A DNA stretch of 64,000 nucleotides from Octopus vulgaris (GCA_951406725.2 OX597838.1:26412001-26476000); one strand, 5' to 3'. Positions 1 through 15,052 are shown, numbered from the stretch's first letter. The notes: generated from the letters alone by a model not told the origin. A program made the numbers and translations.

Positions 1-230
1 CGATGATGATAACGATAATAACGGGGGCGATTTAAACGATAATGAAGAGGAGGAGAAGGAGGAAGAGGGGCATGAGCAGAAGCAGGAGCAGGAGGACGTC
101 GGTGGTGGTGATGATGATGATGATGATGGCGACGACAGCGCCAACAACGGCGGCGGCGGCGGCGGATGTAGCTGTAGTGGAGGATGTAAATCATTTGTAT
201 CACATTTTCACAACAGAGTTTGAAGCCCGT

Positions 231-563
231 TCACGGTCATCCGACCTGCTAGAAATAGCAACTAAATCTCTCTTAAAATCAACAGACCTGCTGTTTTCGA
301 AAACAATAAGGACAAGTTAGATTATGTAATCCTAGCTACACTAAACTTGAAGACAAAAATATGACGAGATGGCCACGATAGGAATGCTTTTGATCACGGT
401 CATCCGACCTGCTAGAAATAGCAACTAAATCTCTCTTAAAATCAACAGACCTGCTGTTTTCGAAAACAATAAGGACAAGTTAGATCATGTAATCCTAGCT
501 ACACTAAACTTGAAGATAAAAATAAATATGACGAGATGGCCACGATAGGAATGCTTTTGATCA
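231..563 (+). repeat. Tandem duplication, about 163-bp unit x2
   Basis: TCACGGTCATCCGACCTGCTAGAAATAGC... starts at 231 and at 394. Confidence 0.9.
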
Positions 564-607
564 TTGGTCTGTTCAATATGAGTTTAGTCGAAGCAACAAG
601 AGAAACA

Positions 608-649
<42 letters not shown>

Positions 650-862
650 ACACACAAACTGAAAGATATATTTATATGTGTGCATTGACCTACTAAGATA
701 ATATAGACCTAGATATGCATCTATAAAGGCGGCGGAGGTCCCGACTGCAAGGCCTTTTATCACAGATCTTCTCAACCGGAGCTGACGAGCAGCTAAAAAG
801 TCATTATATATGGGAATACATATATGTCTATATGTACATGTATATGCATGTATATGTGAGCA

Positions 863-936
<74 letters not shown>

Positions 937-1023
937 CTTATATATAGAGAGAGAGGTGTAATAGATAGATAGATTAAGATATATATATATATATATATAT
1001 ATTTGATATATATATATATCTTT

Positions 1024-1429
1024 CTCTTTACTCTTTTACTTGTTTCAGTCATTTGACTGCGGCCATGCTGGAGCACCGCCTTTAGTCGAGCAAATCGACC
1101 CCGGGACTTATTCTTTGTAAGCCCAGTACTTATTCTATTGGTCTCTTTTGCCAAACCGCTAAGTGACGGGGACGTAAACACACTAGCATCGGTTGTCAAG
1201 CAATGCTAGGGGGACAAACACAGACACACAAACACACACACATATATATATATATATATACATATATACGACAGGCTTCTTTCAGTTTCCGTCTACCAAA
1301 TCCACTCACAAGGCATTGGTCGGCCCGAGGCTATAGCGGAAGACACTTGCCCAAGATGCCACGCAGTGAGACTGAACCCGGAACCATGTGGTTGGTTAGC
1401 AAGCTACTTACCACACAGCCACTCCTGCG

Positions 1430-1431
<2 letters not shown>
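1024..1431 (-). mobile_element. tRNA-derived SINE family A (about 410 bp, internal microsatellite, (AAGAGT/AAAAGAGT)n tail)
   Basis: Head GGCGCAGGAGTGGCTGTGTGGTAAG (A box), GGTTCAGTC (B box); many near-identical copies in the window. Confidence 0.85.
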
Positions 1432-1477
<46 letters not shown>

Positions 1478-2291
1478 TTTGAGGCTATAGTAGAAGACAC
1501 TTGGCCAAGAAGCCACGCAGTAGGACTGAACTAAGAGCCATGTGATTTGGAAGCAAGCTTCTTACCACACACCTGCGATGTTTATGTTCATATTTACATT
1601 TATATGTCTATATGCAAATAGATAGACAGACAAACAGATAGATTGATAGATAGATAGAAAAATACGTATATGCATAGTACATGCATACAAGCATACACAT
1701 ATACATACATAGAGAGGTGTACAAAGGAACAAGCAGAGAAAATATGGCGCAGTATCTAAATATATTAACGATTTCACTTCGAATTGCACTGCTTAAAATT
1801 TCGCGCGCGCGCGTACACACACACACACACACACATCACAAACACAACACAAACACACACACACACACACAACACAAGCACGCACAAATACACGCAGAAA
1901 GAGAATTGTTTAAAACCGAGTAATTCTTAGATGTCAGTGACATGATAAATGATATTAAATGGATGAAAATTTGTTTTTTTTAAAAAGCACGTAAATATCA
2001 TAAACAAAAGTGAAAACGGAAAGCTAAACAAGAATCAAGTATTTGACGAAAAATTAAATAAACAGAATATGAATTCTGTTCTTAACGTCGTTGTTTCATT
2101 TCAAAGAGAAAGATAACTCTGGGCGTTTTTCTACCTTGTTTGGCATCTTCAGCTGAAGAGTCACCCGATCGTGTCTTCTGAAGTGTTGAGTATTGAATCA
2201 CTAAGTAACGTTATATTTAAAGAAATGCATATCGTTTGTGTCGAGAATAAGAAAGGAAAAGATGGAGATAAAGTGAAACAGAGAGAGAGAA

Positions 2292-2333
<42 letters not shown>

Positions 2334-2661
2334 TGTGTGTAATTTAAATATTAATATTTCTAATTTTGTTCAAAAATGATTTTATCTGTCAATGATTCTC
2401 AGAGAGAAAATATGGAGCTAGCAACATCCCCTCTCGCTTTTCTCTCTTTCTCGGTGCAATGCTAATCAAGTTCGTAAGATAATCGTTTATGCCTTTGTAA
2501 TTTTGGTTTTCTTGTATATGTATAAATATGTATGTGTGTGTGTGTGTGTGTGTATGTATATGTATATATATATATATATATATATAATTATATATATATA
2601 ACATAATATAATATATATGTATATATATATATAATATTAGGGATTATATTTTATCTTTAAT

Positions 2662-2705
<44 letters not shown>

Positions 2706-2742
2706 CAGACAGACAGGCATTCATGCATACATACAAACATGC

Positions 2743-2773
<31 letters not shown>

Positions 2774-3120
2774 CATACATACATACATACATACATACAT
2801 ACATACATACATACACACACATGCATACATACATATGTTCAAAACATTTCGCATAAATAAATTTAAAAGATATTGATAGAAAGATAGATATAGAAAGAGA
2901 GAGAGAGAGAGAGAGATGCATGGATGGATGGAGAGAGGGATGGAGGAGGAAAGAGAGATAGTAAGGAGAGATGTTGTTGTGTGGTAAGTTTGCTTCCCAG
3001 CCACATGGTTCCGGGTTCAGTCCCACTACTTATCACCTTGCACAAGTGTCTTCTACTATAGCATTGGGTCAACAAAAGCCTTGTGAGTGGATTTTGGTAC
3101 ACGGAAACTGAAAGAAGCAG

Positions 3121-3154
<34 letters not shown>

Positions 3155-3334
3155 ACGGGGCTATGTATCTACAGATTTAGAAAAATAACTAGAAATTTTA
3201 GGAGTTTTTGTTTTTTAAGAAGGGCAAAGGAAACTGACGCAAACTCCCCAAATTCAAAGTTTTAGCAGTGCAGGGAAAATTCGTAAGCATTCCGAAGATT
3301 CCCCACCTGAGATTCTTTAAATGATTCCGTGAGA

Positions 3335-4095
3335 GAGTTGAGAATATTCTGCGCAATGAACTTGGCTTGACAGAGGTTTCTTCTGCTCGGCGGGTGCCAC
3401 GTCTTCAGGCCCTGATCAAAAGCGCACCGGGCTGATCACATGACGAGAAAATCTGACATTGTTTGAGGCAAATCCAGCTGGTTTCCTAGAATATTACCTA
3501 ACCCAGGATGAGTTAGGTTCATCCCTTTGACCCTGAGAAAAAGACCTAATCTATGCAGAAGAAACAGGCCACCTCGTTTACTTCAAACAAAGCCAAGGTT
3601 GTTTCATCAGCAGGGAAGGTGATTGCCTCTGTTTTATGGGGTACAAAAGGCATTGTGTTTATAGACAAGCTTCAAGAGGGCCACAATGGACAGTACTATA
3701 CCAAGTTGCTGAAGCAGTTACAAAAAGGCTATCAAGATCAAACGTCCTGGAAAACTGACAAAAGACGATGCTCCAGCATCCAAGGCCTCCGTTTCGATAG
3801 CTGCTGTGGTATGAATATGGCGTCCTGTTTCTCCTGATTTGGCCCCATCTGACTATCATCTGTTCTTGGCTGGGAAGCAGTGTTTGCAGTGATGATGACG
3901 TCATATCTGCTGTTGATGACTATTTTGAGCAACAGGATGAAAGCTTCTTCGCCGATGGGATCCAAACACAGCAACACTGATGGAAGGAGTGTGCGGACTG
4001 CAAGAGGGGGGGGGGGGGAGGACGATGATGAAAATAAACCTCATTTGATCACATTCCATGAGAGTAACTTGGTCAGCCTATGAACTTTTCAGTCG
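3335..4095 (+). mobile_element. Decayed mariner (Tc1/mariner) transposase
   Basis: Motifs ARRVPRL (WVPxxL-like), KAKVVSSAGKVIASVLWGTKGIVFID and SPDLAPSDYHLF (3830-3865); frameshifts and stops. Confidence 0.9.
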
Positions 4096-4413
4096 TAAAT
4101 AAACCTCAAAGAAAAACATTAATACTTACATACATACTCATTCACACACACATACATACATACATACATACATACATACATACATACATACATACATACA
4201 TACATACATACATACATACATACATACATACATACATACATACATACATACATACATAGACGCGTGTATATATAAAAGCGCATATACACATGAACATATA
4301 TATGTGTGTACATATATACACACATATGTGTGTGTGTACGTATGTGTACATATATGCACATACATATATATATATATGCACACACACATATACACATATA
4401 TATGTATATGTGC

Positions 4414-4504
<91 letters not shown>

Positions 4505-4710
4505 CATACGTATATATATGTATGTATGTATGTATATGTATATCTGTGTGTGTCTGTGCATATGTGCCTGCTTGTATATGTACGTTTGTATGTATGTATG
4601 TATGTATGTATGTATATATTCCTACATGTGTTTCTGTGTACATGCAATACTTGCATATAAGCCTGTATGTATGTATGTACGTATATATGCATGTGTGTGC
4701 GTGCATGCCT

Positions 4711-4753
<43 letters not shown>

Positions 4754-5363
4754 ACGTCATGTGCTGCTAAGATGGCGAAGCAACAACACCTCGTCTCTGA
4801 CGTCACCGCATCAAACTATATCCAAGAAAGACCGGACATTCGCTAAAAACTCTTCCGACGTCATTGCCGTTGGAATTGGGTAGCGGCGGGTGGCGGAGGG
4901 GAGTGACGTCGGAGTGGCGGGGATGTCGATGCCGATGGGTAATGATGGTCATGATGGTGCTGCAGTTGTTATTGGTGGTGGTGCTGGTGCTGGTGGTGAT
5001 GGTGATGGTGGTGGTTGTGTTGTTGTTATTGTTTGTGTTGGTGATGGTAGCGGCGGCGGCGGGGGGGGGGGACAGGTATTGATGGTGGTAGACGCATTGG
5101 TGGTGGTGGTGGTGGTGGTGGTGGTATTTGGCTCTGTTATTATTCGCCGGGTAAAATGGTTTGTGGCATTTTGTCCGTCTTTACGATCTGAGTCCAAGTT
5201 CCACCGAGGTCGACTTTGGCTTTCATTTTTTCGGGGTCAATGAAATAAGTACCAGTTATACACTGGGGTTAATGTAACCGACTAATCCCCACCCCCAAAA
5301 TGTCAGCCCTTGATCCTATAGTAGAAAGGATTATTATTATTATTATTATTGCTAGTAGTAGTG

Positions 5364-5394
<31 letters not shown>

Positions 5395-5452
5395 AGTAGT
5401 AGTAGAAGTAGTAGTATCATATTTATCATCGTCGTCGTCGTCATCATCATCA

Positions 5453-5502
<50 letters not shown>

Positions 5503-5739
5503 GCTGTTATTATTAGTCAATTAGTCAACCATTTAACCAATTAACTAATCGATTGTTACATGATAATGGAAAATAAAAAAAATGCCTAAAATTAGTCTTA
5601 AAAGTAAAAAAAAAAAAAAGAATTTTAAAAAAGATAAAAATAAAACTATGTAAATGCAAGAAGTTCTGAGACTAAATACGTTGTTGTAGCTACATGAATC
5701 ATGAACCGAAAATGCAAAACCTTTGACGTTTATTTAGTT

Positions 5740-6545
5740 ATATGAAAAGAATCGTTGTCTGGTGTAAGAACTATGCTAAACAAGTGGATGCCAAGCTTAT
5801 TCAGGTACGAAACACTTATACGATAATTAGTGAGCGCATATTCATATTATCCTTTAACGCCTCAAAGACAGAACGCATTATATACAGAACAGTACTACTA
5901 AACAAATCCCCCAAAATAACAGTCGAAATAGTATACGGTATAATCCTCCATATAGTTTAAATGGTGTCAGGATTTCTTTTAATGTCATAAATGAGCATTT
6001 CCCTGCAGACCATAGATATCAAAAGATATTTGATAGAAATAGTTTTACGGTCAGCTATCGTTGCATCAAAAGGTTAGCTTGTTCAATAATGAATACAATC
6101 AGGTAAAAACTGCCCAGCACAAACAGACAAAATCCTTCTCCGCCATATAATTGTAATAACCCCAATATCTGACCTCACAGTGGCATGAGTCCTTCAATGT
6201 CATTAGATTATTCGGTAAAGTTCTTTCTTGAAAACAGTAGTGGAACCATAAGTCATGTAGAACATATTGAAAATCGCCCTAAAAAAGATTTTCGCAACAT
6301 ATGAATACACTCAGAAAGATGTTCCACCCCTTTCACTGCCCAAATATATCTGGAACTTAAAAGATGAAAATATTAACGGTTATAAAATCGATGTGTCTTA
6401 ATTAGAACATGCAACCTTCTGCATTAATGATACTTTAGGTTTTATCAGAGAACTATAAATTCCATTACTCTGTTTTGAACATAAGACTGGAATCGGTGAT
6501 TTCTTGCAGATGTTTACTGTAGAATTGCTAAATATCAACTGGCAA
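5740..6545 (+). mobile_element. Decayed Penelope-like element (RT C-terminus, linker, GIY-YIG region)
   Basis: Translated patches SRNSIRYNPPYSLN (5921), EHFPADHRYQKIFDRNSFTVSYRC, PKYIWNLKDENI and LNIRLESVISCR resemble PLE motifs WFNPPYS, HKIFNRNTVKxSYSC, SKYIWxLK and LNKRxE. Confidence 0.75.
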
Positions 6546-6595
6546 AAATGGTTTATTCCCCCACGTAATGATTCTACGATACCCTGATTCTACAA

Positions 6596-6822
6596 TACCT
6601 ATTTCTTTATTACCCACAAGGGGCCGAACACAGAGAGGACAAACAGGGACAGACAAACGGATTAAGTCGATCATATCGACCCCAGTGCGTAACTGGTACT
6701 TATTTAATCGACCCCGAAAGGATGAAAGGCAAAGTCGACCTCGGCGGAATTTGAACTCAGAACGTAGCGGCAGACGAAATACCGCTAAGCATTTCGCCCG
6801 GCGTGCTAACGTTTCTACCAGC
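6596..6822 (-). mobile_element. tRNA-derived SINE family B (central GCCTTTCATCCTTTCGGGGTCGAT domain)
   Basis: B box GTTCAAATTCC; central domain resembles the Nin/Deu-type SINE domain (from recall); many copies, e.g. 13040-13240, 18290-18446, 28495-28700. Confidence 0.8.
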
Positions 6823-7186
6823 TACAATACCATCTACGTAATGATTCTATGATGGTCACATATTGAAAAATAAACGTTAGCTTTTTATCAACATTAAAAC
6901 TGCATTAACAATATTGCCATCGTTTTGCACCTGTATGTTTTGCTCATTTGAAAATGAAGACGTAAAACTATAGCGTGTTTTTGCACGTGAAAAGATGTAC
7001 ATGTCACGTGTCGTGCGTGTAACTGAGATTGCGACGGCGACCGATATGTCAACGTATTTATGAATATCGTTGCTTATCTGCTGTCACGCTGCAACTTCTC
7101 TCCAATTGTTTGAATAATCAGTGAGGTAAAACTTGAAGTAACGCTTCGAGAACCCTCAATTTCAAATAGTGCACATACATACACAC

Positions 7187-7246
<60 letters not shown>

Positions 7247-7477
7247 TAAAATGGAGTTAACGCAGGTGTAATCAAATATTTTTACTTTCGACACATGTTT
7301 CGAAAATTCCACTGATACTATTCAAAAGAATAAATGGTATAAACAATGCAATCTTCTCCTCAGGAAAGTGAAAAAAACGAAACTTCGTCAATAAGACATT
7401 TTAGCAAAAATGTAACTATTTATTTATTTTTTCCGTGTTAATTGTTAACAAGGTAAAAATACACTCATCTATTTATA

Positions 7478-7577
<100 letters not shown>

Positions 7578-7966
7578 GCATACATTCAGATATGTATTTG
7601 TATGCTTTGAGCCTTTGAGTGTAAAAGTGTGAACTTAGAAAAAGAAATATAAGAATGCAGTAAACAATAGAATATGGAAATCTCGAATGATTGGTTGAGA
7701 CGCAAAATACACTCAGCCATACATATATACATACATGCATACATTTGTGTATGTACAAAAGCACATGCGCATGCGCGCGCACAAACACACAAACGCATAT
7801 ATACATATACGTATATGCAAATGTACACGTATGTATTTATATATACATATATATAAGTACATATATATATACATATATAATTACATATATGTATGTATGT
7901 ATAAATACATACATACATTTATATATATATATATATGTATGTATATATATATATATATATATGTAT

Positions 7967-8017
<51 letters not shown>

Positions 8018-8352
8018 CATACATATTCATGTACGTGTACATGCTTACGTACATACATTCTACACAAACATTAATATTCTAAAGCGCAGTATTCAGAAGT
8101 AATCTTTTGAGATTTCATTAAAAGATTTTCTGTAAATACGCTGAAAATAACTTTAAGGAACATTTTTCATCGACATGAAATACAGAGTCAGCTTCATTAG
8201 TTTCGTATTCATTGATGAGAAGACGAAGCAGACGACGTCAAAATATGGCTGCTATTCTAATACGAGACCTGTTGCGTTTTTCATCGAAGTGCATTTGAAA
8301 TGAATATTTTTGTATAAAGACATTTTGATTGAAACCGATCAATGTCGGTTTG

Positions 8353-8396
<44 letters not shown>

Positions 8397-8930
8397 CTCT
8401 AGTGTATACATTTTGCACCAAATCCGCCATGCCTCTTTTCAAGCAAGAAGATTGCTGACTTATTGACAGTTCTATATGCATACAGACATGGATGTGCGGT
8501 TAAGAAATTCGCCTCTTAAACTAGTCTGTTTCGGGTTCAATCCCGTTGCGCGGTACATTGGACAAGTGTTTTTCTCTTAAAAAACTGGGCCGACTGGTGT
8601 GCCTCGGGGGTGAATTTGCTCTACAAGAACAGCGCTGAATCTGGTTACCTGTGTGTGTGTGTGTAAATCTATGTATATTTTTGTCTGCGTTTTTGTGGTT
8701 GTACTGGCTTCACCGTTTGACAAACTGTTCGTTTTTTTTTTGTTTTGTTTTTTTGTCTTATTGTCCTTTTCTTGATTTCCCGTCACTTAGCGATTCGGCA
8801 AAAGGGATTTAATAGACTAAAGCCGTCAAAGTGCTACCCCAATATTGCTACAGTTTCATTACTGAAACAAGTGTATACACACACACACATACACACATGC
8901 ATACACACACACACACATGCACACACACAT

Positions 8931-9011
<81 letters not shown>

Positions 9012-9324
9012 AATATATATATATATATTCCCTGTGCTTAATAGATCTCTCTTTAGTGTTGTACTCTTTTACTTCTTTCAGTCACTAGACTGAGGCCATG
9101 CTGGGGCACCACCTTTAACGGTTTAGCGGACCTTAGTAGTTGTGCTCTTTAAATCTGGCACTTCTTTCATCGGTGTCTTTTGCCGAACCTTTAAAATTAC
9201 GGGAACGTAAACAGACTAACACCGGTTGTCAAGTGATGGGGGACAGACGCAAAGAACATGAACACATCCATGCACAGACATACATACACATAGACACATA
9301 CACGAATAGAATAGATAGATAGAC

Positions 9325-9402
<78 letters not shown>

Positions 9403-9484
9403 GCAGACAATCAGACATGCACACACACACACACATACACACAGTAGAACAGACAGATGGGCAGGCAGGCAAACAGATAGATAG

Positions 9485-10337
9485 ATATGTTTCTTTCTTA
9501 GCTACACAGGGCAGAACACAGAGGGGACAAATTACAAAGTAGAGCTTTTCTTTTTGGAGAGAAAAAAAATGGGGCGGTAGGTTTTCGATCAAAAGGGATC
9601 GTAAAAAAAAACGATCAATAGGGATCGTGTATCACAGAAATGTCATGATGTAAAGTGTAAAGGGGGAAACAGATTAGGTTTATCCGTGGAAAGAAAAGCC
9701 TACGGAAAAGACCACGGTAACCTCGGTCAATAATGTCATATGTTAACGATAGATAGATAGATAGATAGATAGATGGATGGATGGATGGATGGATAGATAG
9801 ATAGATAGATAGATAGATATGTTTCTTTATTAGCCACACAGGGCTGCACACAGATAGAACAAATTACAAGGTAGAGCTTTTCTTTTGAAGGTTAAAAAAA
9901 AAGGGGGGAGTTTCGATCAAAAGGGATCGTAAAAGGAGAGAAAGAGGACAAAAAAAGGGGGGTTAAAAAAATTGATCAATAGGGATCGTTATCACAGAAA
10001 TGTCAATATGAAGTGTAAAGGGGAGGACAGGTGAGGTTTACCCGTGGAAAGAAAAGCCTACGGAAAAGACCACGGTAACCTCGGTCAATGAAGTCACATG
10101 TTATATTTCTTTTTTTTTTTTTTTGCAAATAAGCAACTCTCTGTATTAATTTTTACGGTTCATAGAATCATAGTCAAGGTGGCTTCGTCATTCATACGTG
10201 CCATCCTTGCTACATTCACCCATCTTTTTTTTAAAACATTCACTAGACAAAACTTGCCTCTCTACTCTCACTTTTTTCTTCAAGTGATACTTGAAGAAGT
10301 TGATGAAAGATTGACCAGAGAGGAAAGTGTTTGTCTC

Positions 10338-10340
<3 letters not shown>
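9485..10340 (-). mobile_element. Two tandem 5'-truncated 3' ends of an L1/Tx1-like LINE embedded in (GATA)n
   Basis: 9485-9745 and 9818-10340 share the 3' UTR. The longer copy translates [58 protein letters not shown]. Each copy is bounded by (TATC)n. Confidence 0.6.
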
Positions 10341-10398
<58 letters not shown>

Positions 10399-10407
10399 TA
10401 GATAGAT

Positions 10408-10466
<59 letters not shown>

Positions 10467-11418
10467 GTAAGTAGGTAGACGACGGCCTTCCACACAGTTT
10501 CTCTGAACCACATTCGCTCTCAAAGTATTGCTCAATCCGCGGCTACAGCAGAAGACGCCCGCAATATCGCGGTTCAGTGGGATTGAATCCCAACCCGAAA
10601 CCACGTGACTACAAGGCAAGCTTCTTAACCACATAGTCACGCGAGAATATACGAGATAATTTGCTATTCTAACATCTTTTCTATTAAAACCATTCGGAAT
10701 TATTACAATATGTCACGTGTTTTCCCAATTTTCGACTGGTAGACTGAAAGTCTTCTCTAGTCACGAACAGAAAATGTTGTCTGGGGTGTTGTTTTGTTGT
10801 TGATAATGTTATTGTTCTTGTTGTTCTTGTTGTTCTTCTTCTTGTAATATACTCACATACATCCATTCCTATGTATAGACGCGTCTGTGTATATGTGAGT
10901 GTGCACGATGTATACGTGTGAGCTAGTGTGTAAGCGTGTATTTCTATATGTATGGATACATACATAAACATATAAAGGCGTTTGTGTGTGTATGCATGCA
11001 TGTATGTATGTATGTATGTATGTGTATATATATGTGTGTGTGTGTGTTTGTATGTATGTATATGTATATATATATCTTAATATATATATTTATACATATT
11101 TATTATCATATATGCATTTATGTATGTATGTGTATATATATATATATAGAGAGAGAGAGGGGGGAGAAAGGAAGAGAGAGAGTTATTGTATAAAACATGA
11201 ATTCCGAGAATCGTGTGGTTATCACAGAAAGTTCCTCTACCGGACTCGGCTAACAGACCACATAATAATCCAATACAAAGAATTGTAATGCAGAGTGTCC
11301 GTGCAACAGAAATCTAGAAGATCCGATCAATGAAATTATTTCGTGAGGAGTATATAAACTCTAAAAGAAACCGGAAGACATGAGAAGTGAATATATTTAT
11401 TTAACCACTCGATATCCT

Positions 11419-11776
11419 TAGGATTACGGCTGTTTCGCAGCCTCCTTCGTGTCGTAATAACTTCAGTGTGGAAGAAATCATACTCACTTGTCTACATTGA
11501 CATGCTTTCTCAGCATTATACAATATAATCGTACATTCACAAATCAATGCAAATAAAGAGAGCTAGCTCATCAGATCGCCAGAATATGAAGGTTACGCTA
11601 ACGATGCAACTCTCGTTGCTGATCTGATGAGCGAGCCTTTTTTATTTGCATTGAATTGTAAATGAACAACTGTATTGTATAACGCCGATCATGCATATTA
11701 ATGTGAACATGTCAGATTAATTTCTTCCATACTGAAAGTATTACTACATGAGGGCTGCGAAACGGGTGGAATCCTA
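11419..11776. repeat. Long imperfect inverted repeat (foldback), about 360 bp
   Basis: Outer arms TAGGATT...TTTCGCAGCC / GGCTGCGAAA...AATCCTA; inner arms GCTCATCAGATC / GATCTGATGAGC. Confidence 0.85.
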
Positions 11777-11826
11777 TGGATGTCAAGTGGTTAAGTAAAT
11801 ATATCCCCCCATACCTCCTATGTTTT

Positions 11827-11919
<93 letters not shown>

Positions 11920-11924
11920 GTATA

Positions 11925-11995
<71 letters not shown>

Positions 11996-12493
11996 ATATA
12001 TACATATATATATTTTTTTTTCAAAGATTCTATTGGCTGGCTTTCCTCGATTTCAGCTCTGTGTTTTTCTGAAGCGAGTAAATAATATGTGGAAATTGAC
12101 GATTTAAAAGTCTGTTATCAGCATATTGGCATAGAACTAATTTTCTTTAGCCCTTATTTATAAGTTGTATATATTTATATATATATATAGATACATATAT
12201 ATATGTACGTACATGCATGCATGCATACATATATATATATATATATGTATGCATGCGTACATACATACATCAATGTATCTATATTTGTATTATTTTTAAA
12301 TTATGCTCAAGTGCATGTATAGAGTACACATGAAAGAAAGCCCATGGAAATATTGCACACACAAGAGCATATACAGCCGCCCATAGATACAAATATGTAT
12401 ATGTACATGCGCACGTGCATATATATGTGCTTATGTATATTTGTATCTGTTTGTATGTACATACATATATATATATGTGTTTGCGTGAGAGCA

Positions 12494-12556
<63 letters not shown>

Positions 12557-13247
12557 CATACATACATACATATATACACGTATATATATACACATATATA
12601 TATATACACATATATATATATATACACATATATATATATATACATACATAAATACACGCACACGTATAAACGTATGCATATGTATATATATACATATCTA
12701 CATATATACACCCATGTCTGTGTGTGTATGTAACGCGTCTCGTCTTAGATGTTGATAAATGTAGATTCGTTTCTGTATCTCAAAGCAATTCTCACCTTAT
12801 CACCGGCTCTGATTAGGAAAACATATCGCATCACTTCACAACACCTTCAGCCGACCTTCCACCATTCGACCATCTCCGCCGCTGCACCATAGCACCGCCG
12901 CAACACGTTACTACCACCGGTGCACTCTAGCCCATATCACGAAGAAGCAGAAGAAGAAGAAGAAGAAGAAGAAGAAGAAGAAGAAGAAGAAGAAGAAGAA
13001 GAAGAAGAAGAAGAAGAATGATGATGATGATGAAGTTAGTAATAATCCTTTCTACTGTGGGGCCTGAAATTTGGGGGAAGGGATTAGATCTACCCCAGTG
13101 CGTAACTGGTACTTATTTAATCGACCCTGAAAAGGATGAAAGTCAAAGATGACCTCGGCAGAATTTGAACTCAGAACGCAGCGACGGACGAAATACTGCT
13201 AAGCATTTCGTCTAGCGTGCTAACGATTCTGCCAGCACCGCTATATT

Positions 13248-13280
<33 letters not shown>

Positions 13281-13286
13281 GCTGTT

Positions 13287-13413
13287 GTTGAGTGAGAGAG
13301 CAGTGCATGCCATGAAAGTGACACTGGGGTAAAATATACGAAGCCCAGTATACCTATCATGACTACCCGTCTGATAAGGGTACACTAAATCAGAAGCCAC
13401 GAGAGCCACTGCC

Positions 13414-13471
<58 letters not shown>

Positions 13472-14031
13472 GTGTGAGAGAGCAGTTCATGCCATCAAAG
13501 TGACACTGGGGTAAAATATATGAAGCCCAGTATACCCATCATGACTACCCGTCTGATAAGGGTACACCAGGCACATGCATCACAACCATATGTGCGCGAT
13601 ATTGTGATCTCATATCAAGATAAACAGCACATGACCTTGCAGGTGGGGCCCAGTTAGAATTTTCTTCAGGTTGAGTAGCCCATCCCGCTCAAAAGGTCCC
13701 TGAATAAGGGTTGTTTAAGGATGTTGAAAGAACCACCCATGTTTCCAGAGGTGAACTATTCAAACCCCAAAGAATCCCTCTCAACACATGGCTATGATGC
13801 TCCCCCACTACTTCTGCTCGTGATCAGAGATGCACATACTGTCAGCCACTAATAAGGGACATGCTCAACTGGTTAAGGTCAAACAACTGACAAGCAAATC
13901 TGTGGTATTGAGCAGAATATTTGCTGTAGCCCATCTTTTATACCAAGACAAAACAATGTACATGATAACACTTCCAATCAGTTAAGATCAGAAGCCATGA
14001 GAGCCACTGCCTGGTACTGCATCAGGGCATT

Positions 14032-14032
<1 letters not shown>
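13287..14032 (-). mobile_element. (TAA)n-embedded non-coding retro-element (13470-14032) plus an internally deleted copy (13287-13413)
   Basis: Shared GAGAGAGCAGT..CATGCCAT..AAAGTGACACTGGGG end and TCAGAAGCCA..GAGAGCCACTGCCT end; flanked by trinucleotide runs, mostly (ATT)n. Confidence 0.65.
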
Positions 14033-14251
<219 letters not shown>

Positions 14252-14642
14252 CTAGAAACCAGATACAGGCAGGCAGGCAGACATGGCATATTACATCACT
14301 CCTCAATGTGGACGGATTGAATAAAAGCCAGGACGAATATCATGTAGACATGATGTTACTTTGTACTCAAGGTTAATTATACATTACAAGGCATCAAGGA
14401 AAGGTTAATTGGCAGAATTAGCAGAACGGTAGAGCGTCAGAGTAAAAAAGAATGTTGTATTTTGTTACGCCTCTTCACACCTGTTTTGCGTTCAAATCTC
14501 CCTGCGATCAGTTTTATCTAAAACCGCTTTTCATCCCTTCGCGGGACGATAAAATAATGCACGAGAAGGTGCTGAAAAGTTCCTGGCTTTGGGTAAAAGA
14601 AAATACGGGTGGATCAGTGAATTATGATTTTATTCAACAATA

Positions 14643-15052
14643 GGCGCAGGAGTGGCTGTGTGGTAAGTAGCTTGCTAACCAACCACATGGTTCCGGGTTC
14701 AATCCCACTGCGTGGCAATTTGGGCAAGTGTCTTCTACTATAGCCTCGGGCCGACCAAAGCATTGTGAGTGGATTTGGTAGACGGAAACTGAAAGAAGCC
14801 CGTCGTATATATGTATGTATATATATATGTGTGTGTGTGTGTGTGTATGTGTTTGTGTGTCTGTGTTTGTCCCCCTAGCATTGCTTGACAACCGATGCTG
14901 GTGTGTTTACGTCCCCGTCACTTAGCGGTTCGCCAAAAGAGGCCGATAGAATAAGTACTGGGCTTACAAAGAATAAGTCGATCTGCTCGACTAAAGGCGG
15001 TGCTCCAGCATGGCCGCAGTCAAATGACAGAAACAAGTAAAAGAGTAAAGAG
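14643..15052 (+). mobile_element. SINE family A copy
   Basis: Full-length match to 1024-1431. Further copies at about 19175-19594(-), 29127-29488(-), 35889-36298(-), 40568-40971(-). Confidence 0.85.

Noticed and set aside
2-223. Open acidic/Gly-rich frame (DDDNDNNGG...HNRV*)
   Set aside because: Trinucleotide low-complexity sequence common in this DNA, with no recognisable domain. It is cut by the window edge, so it cannot be fully excluded.
4864-5243. Gly/Val-rich ORFs resembling a membrane peptide
   Set aside because: Explained by (GGT)n repeats that run into a SINE B fragment.
12791-12835. Strong minus-strand donor AAG|GTGAGA after MRYVFLIRAGDK
   Set aside because: Isolated signal with no identifiable downstream exons.
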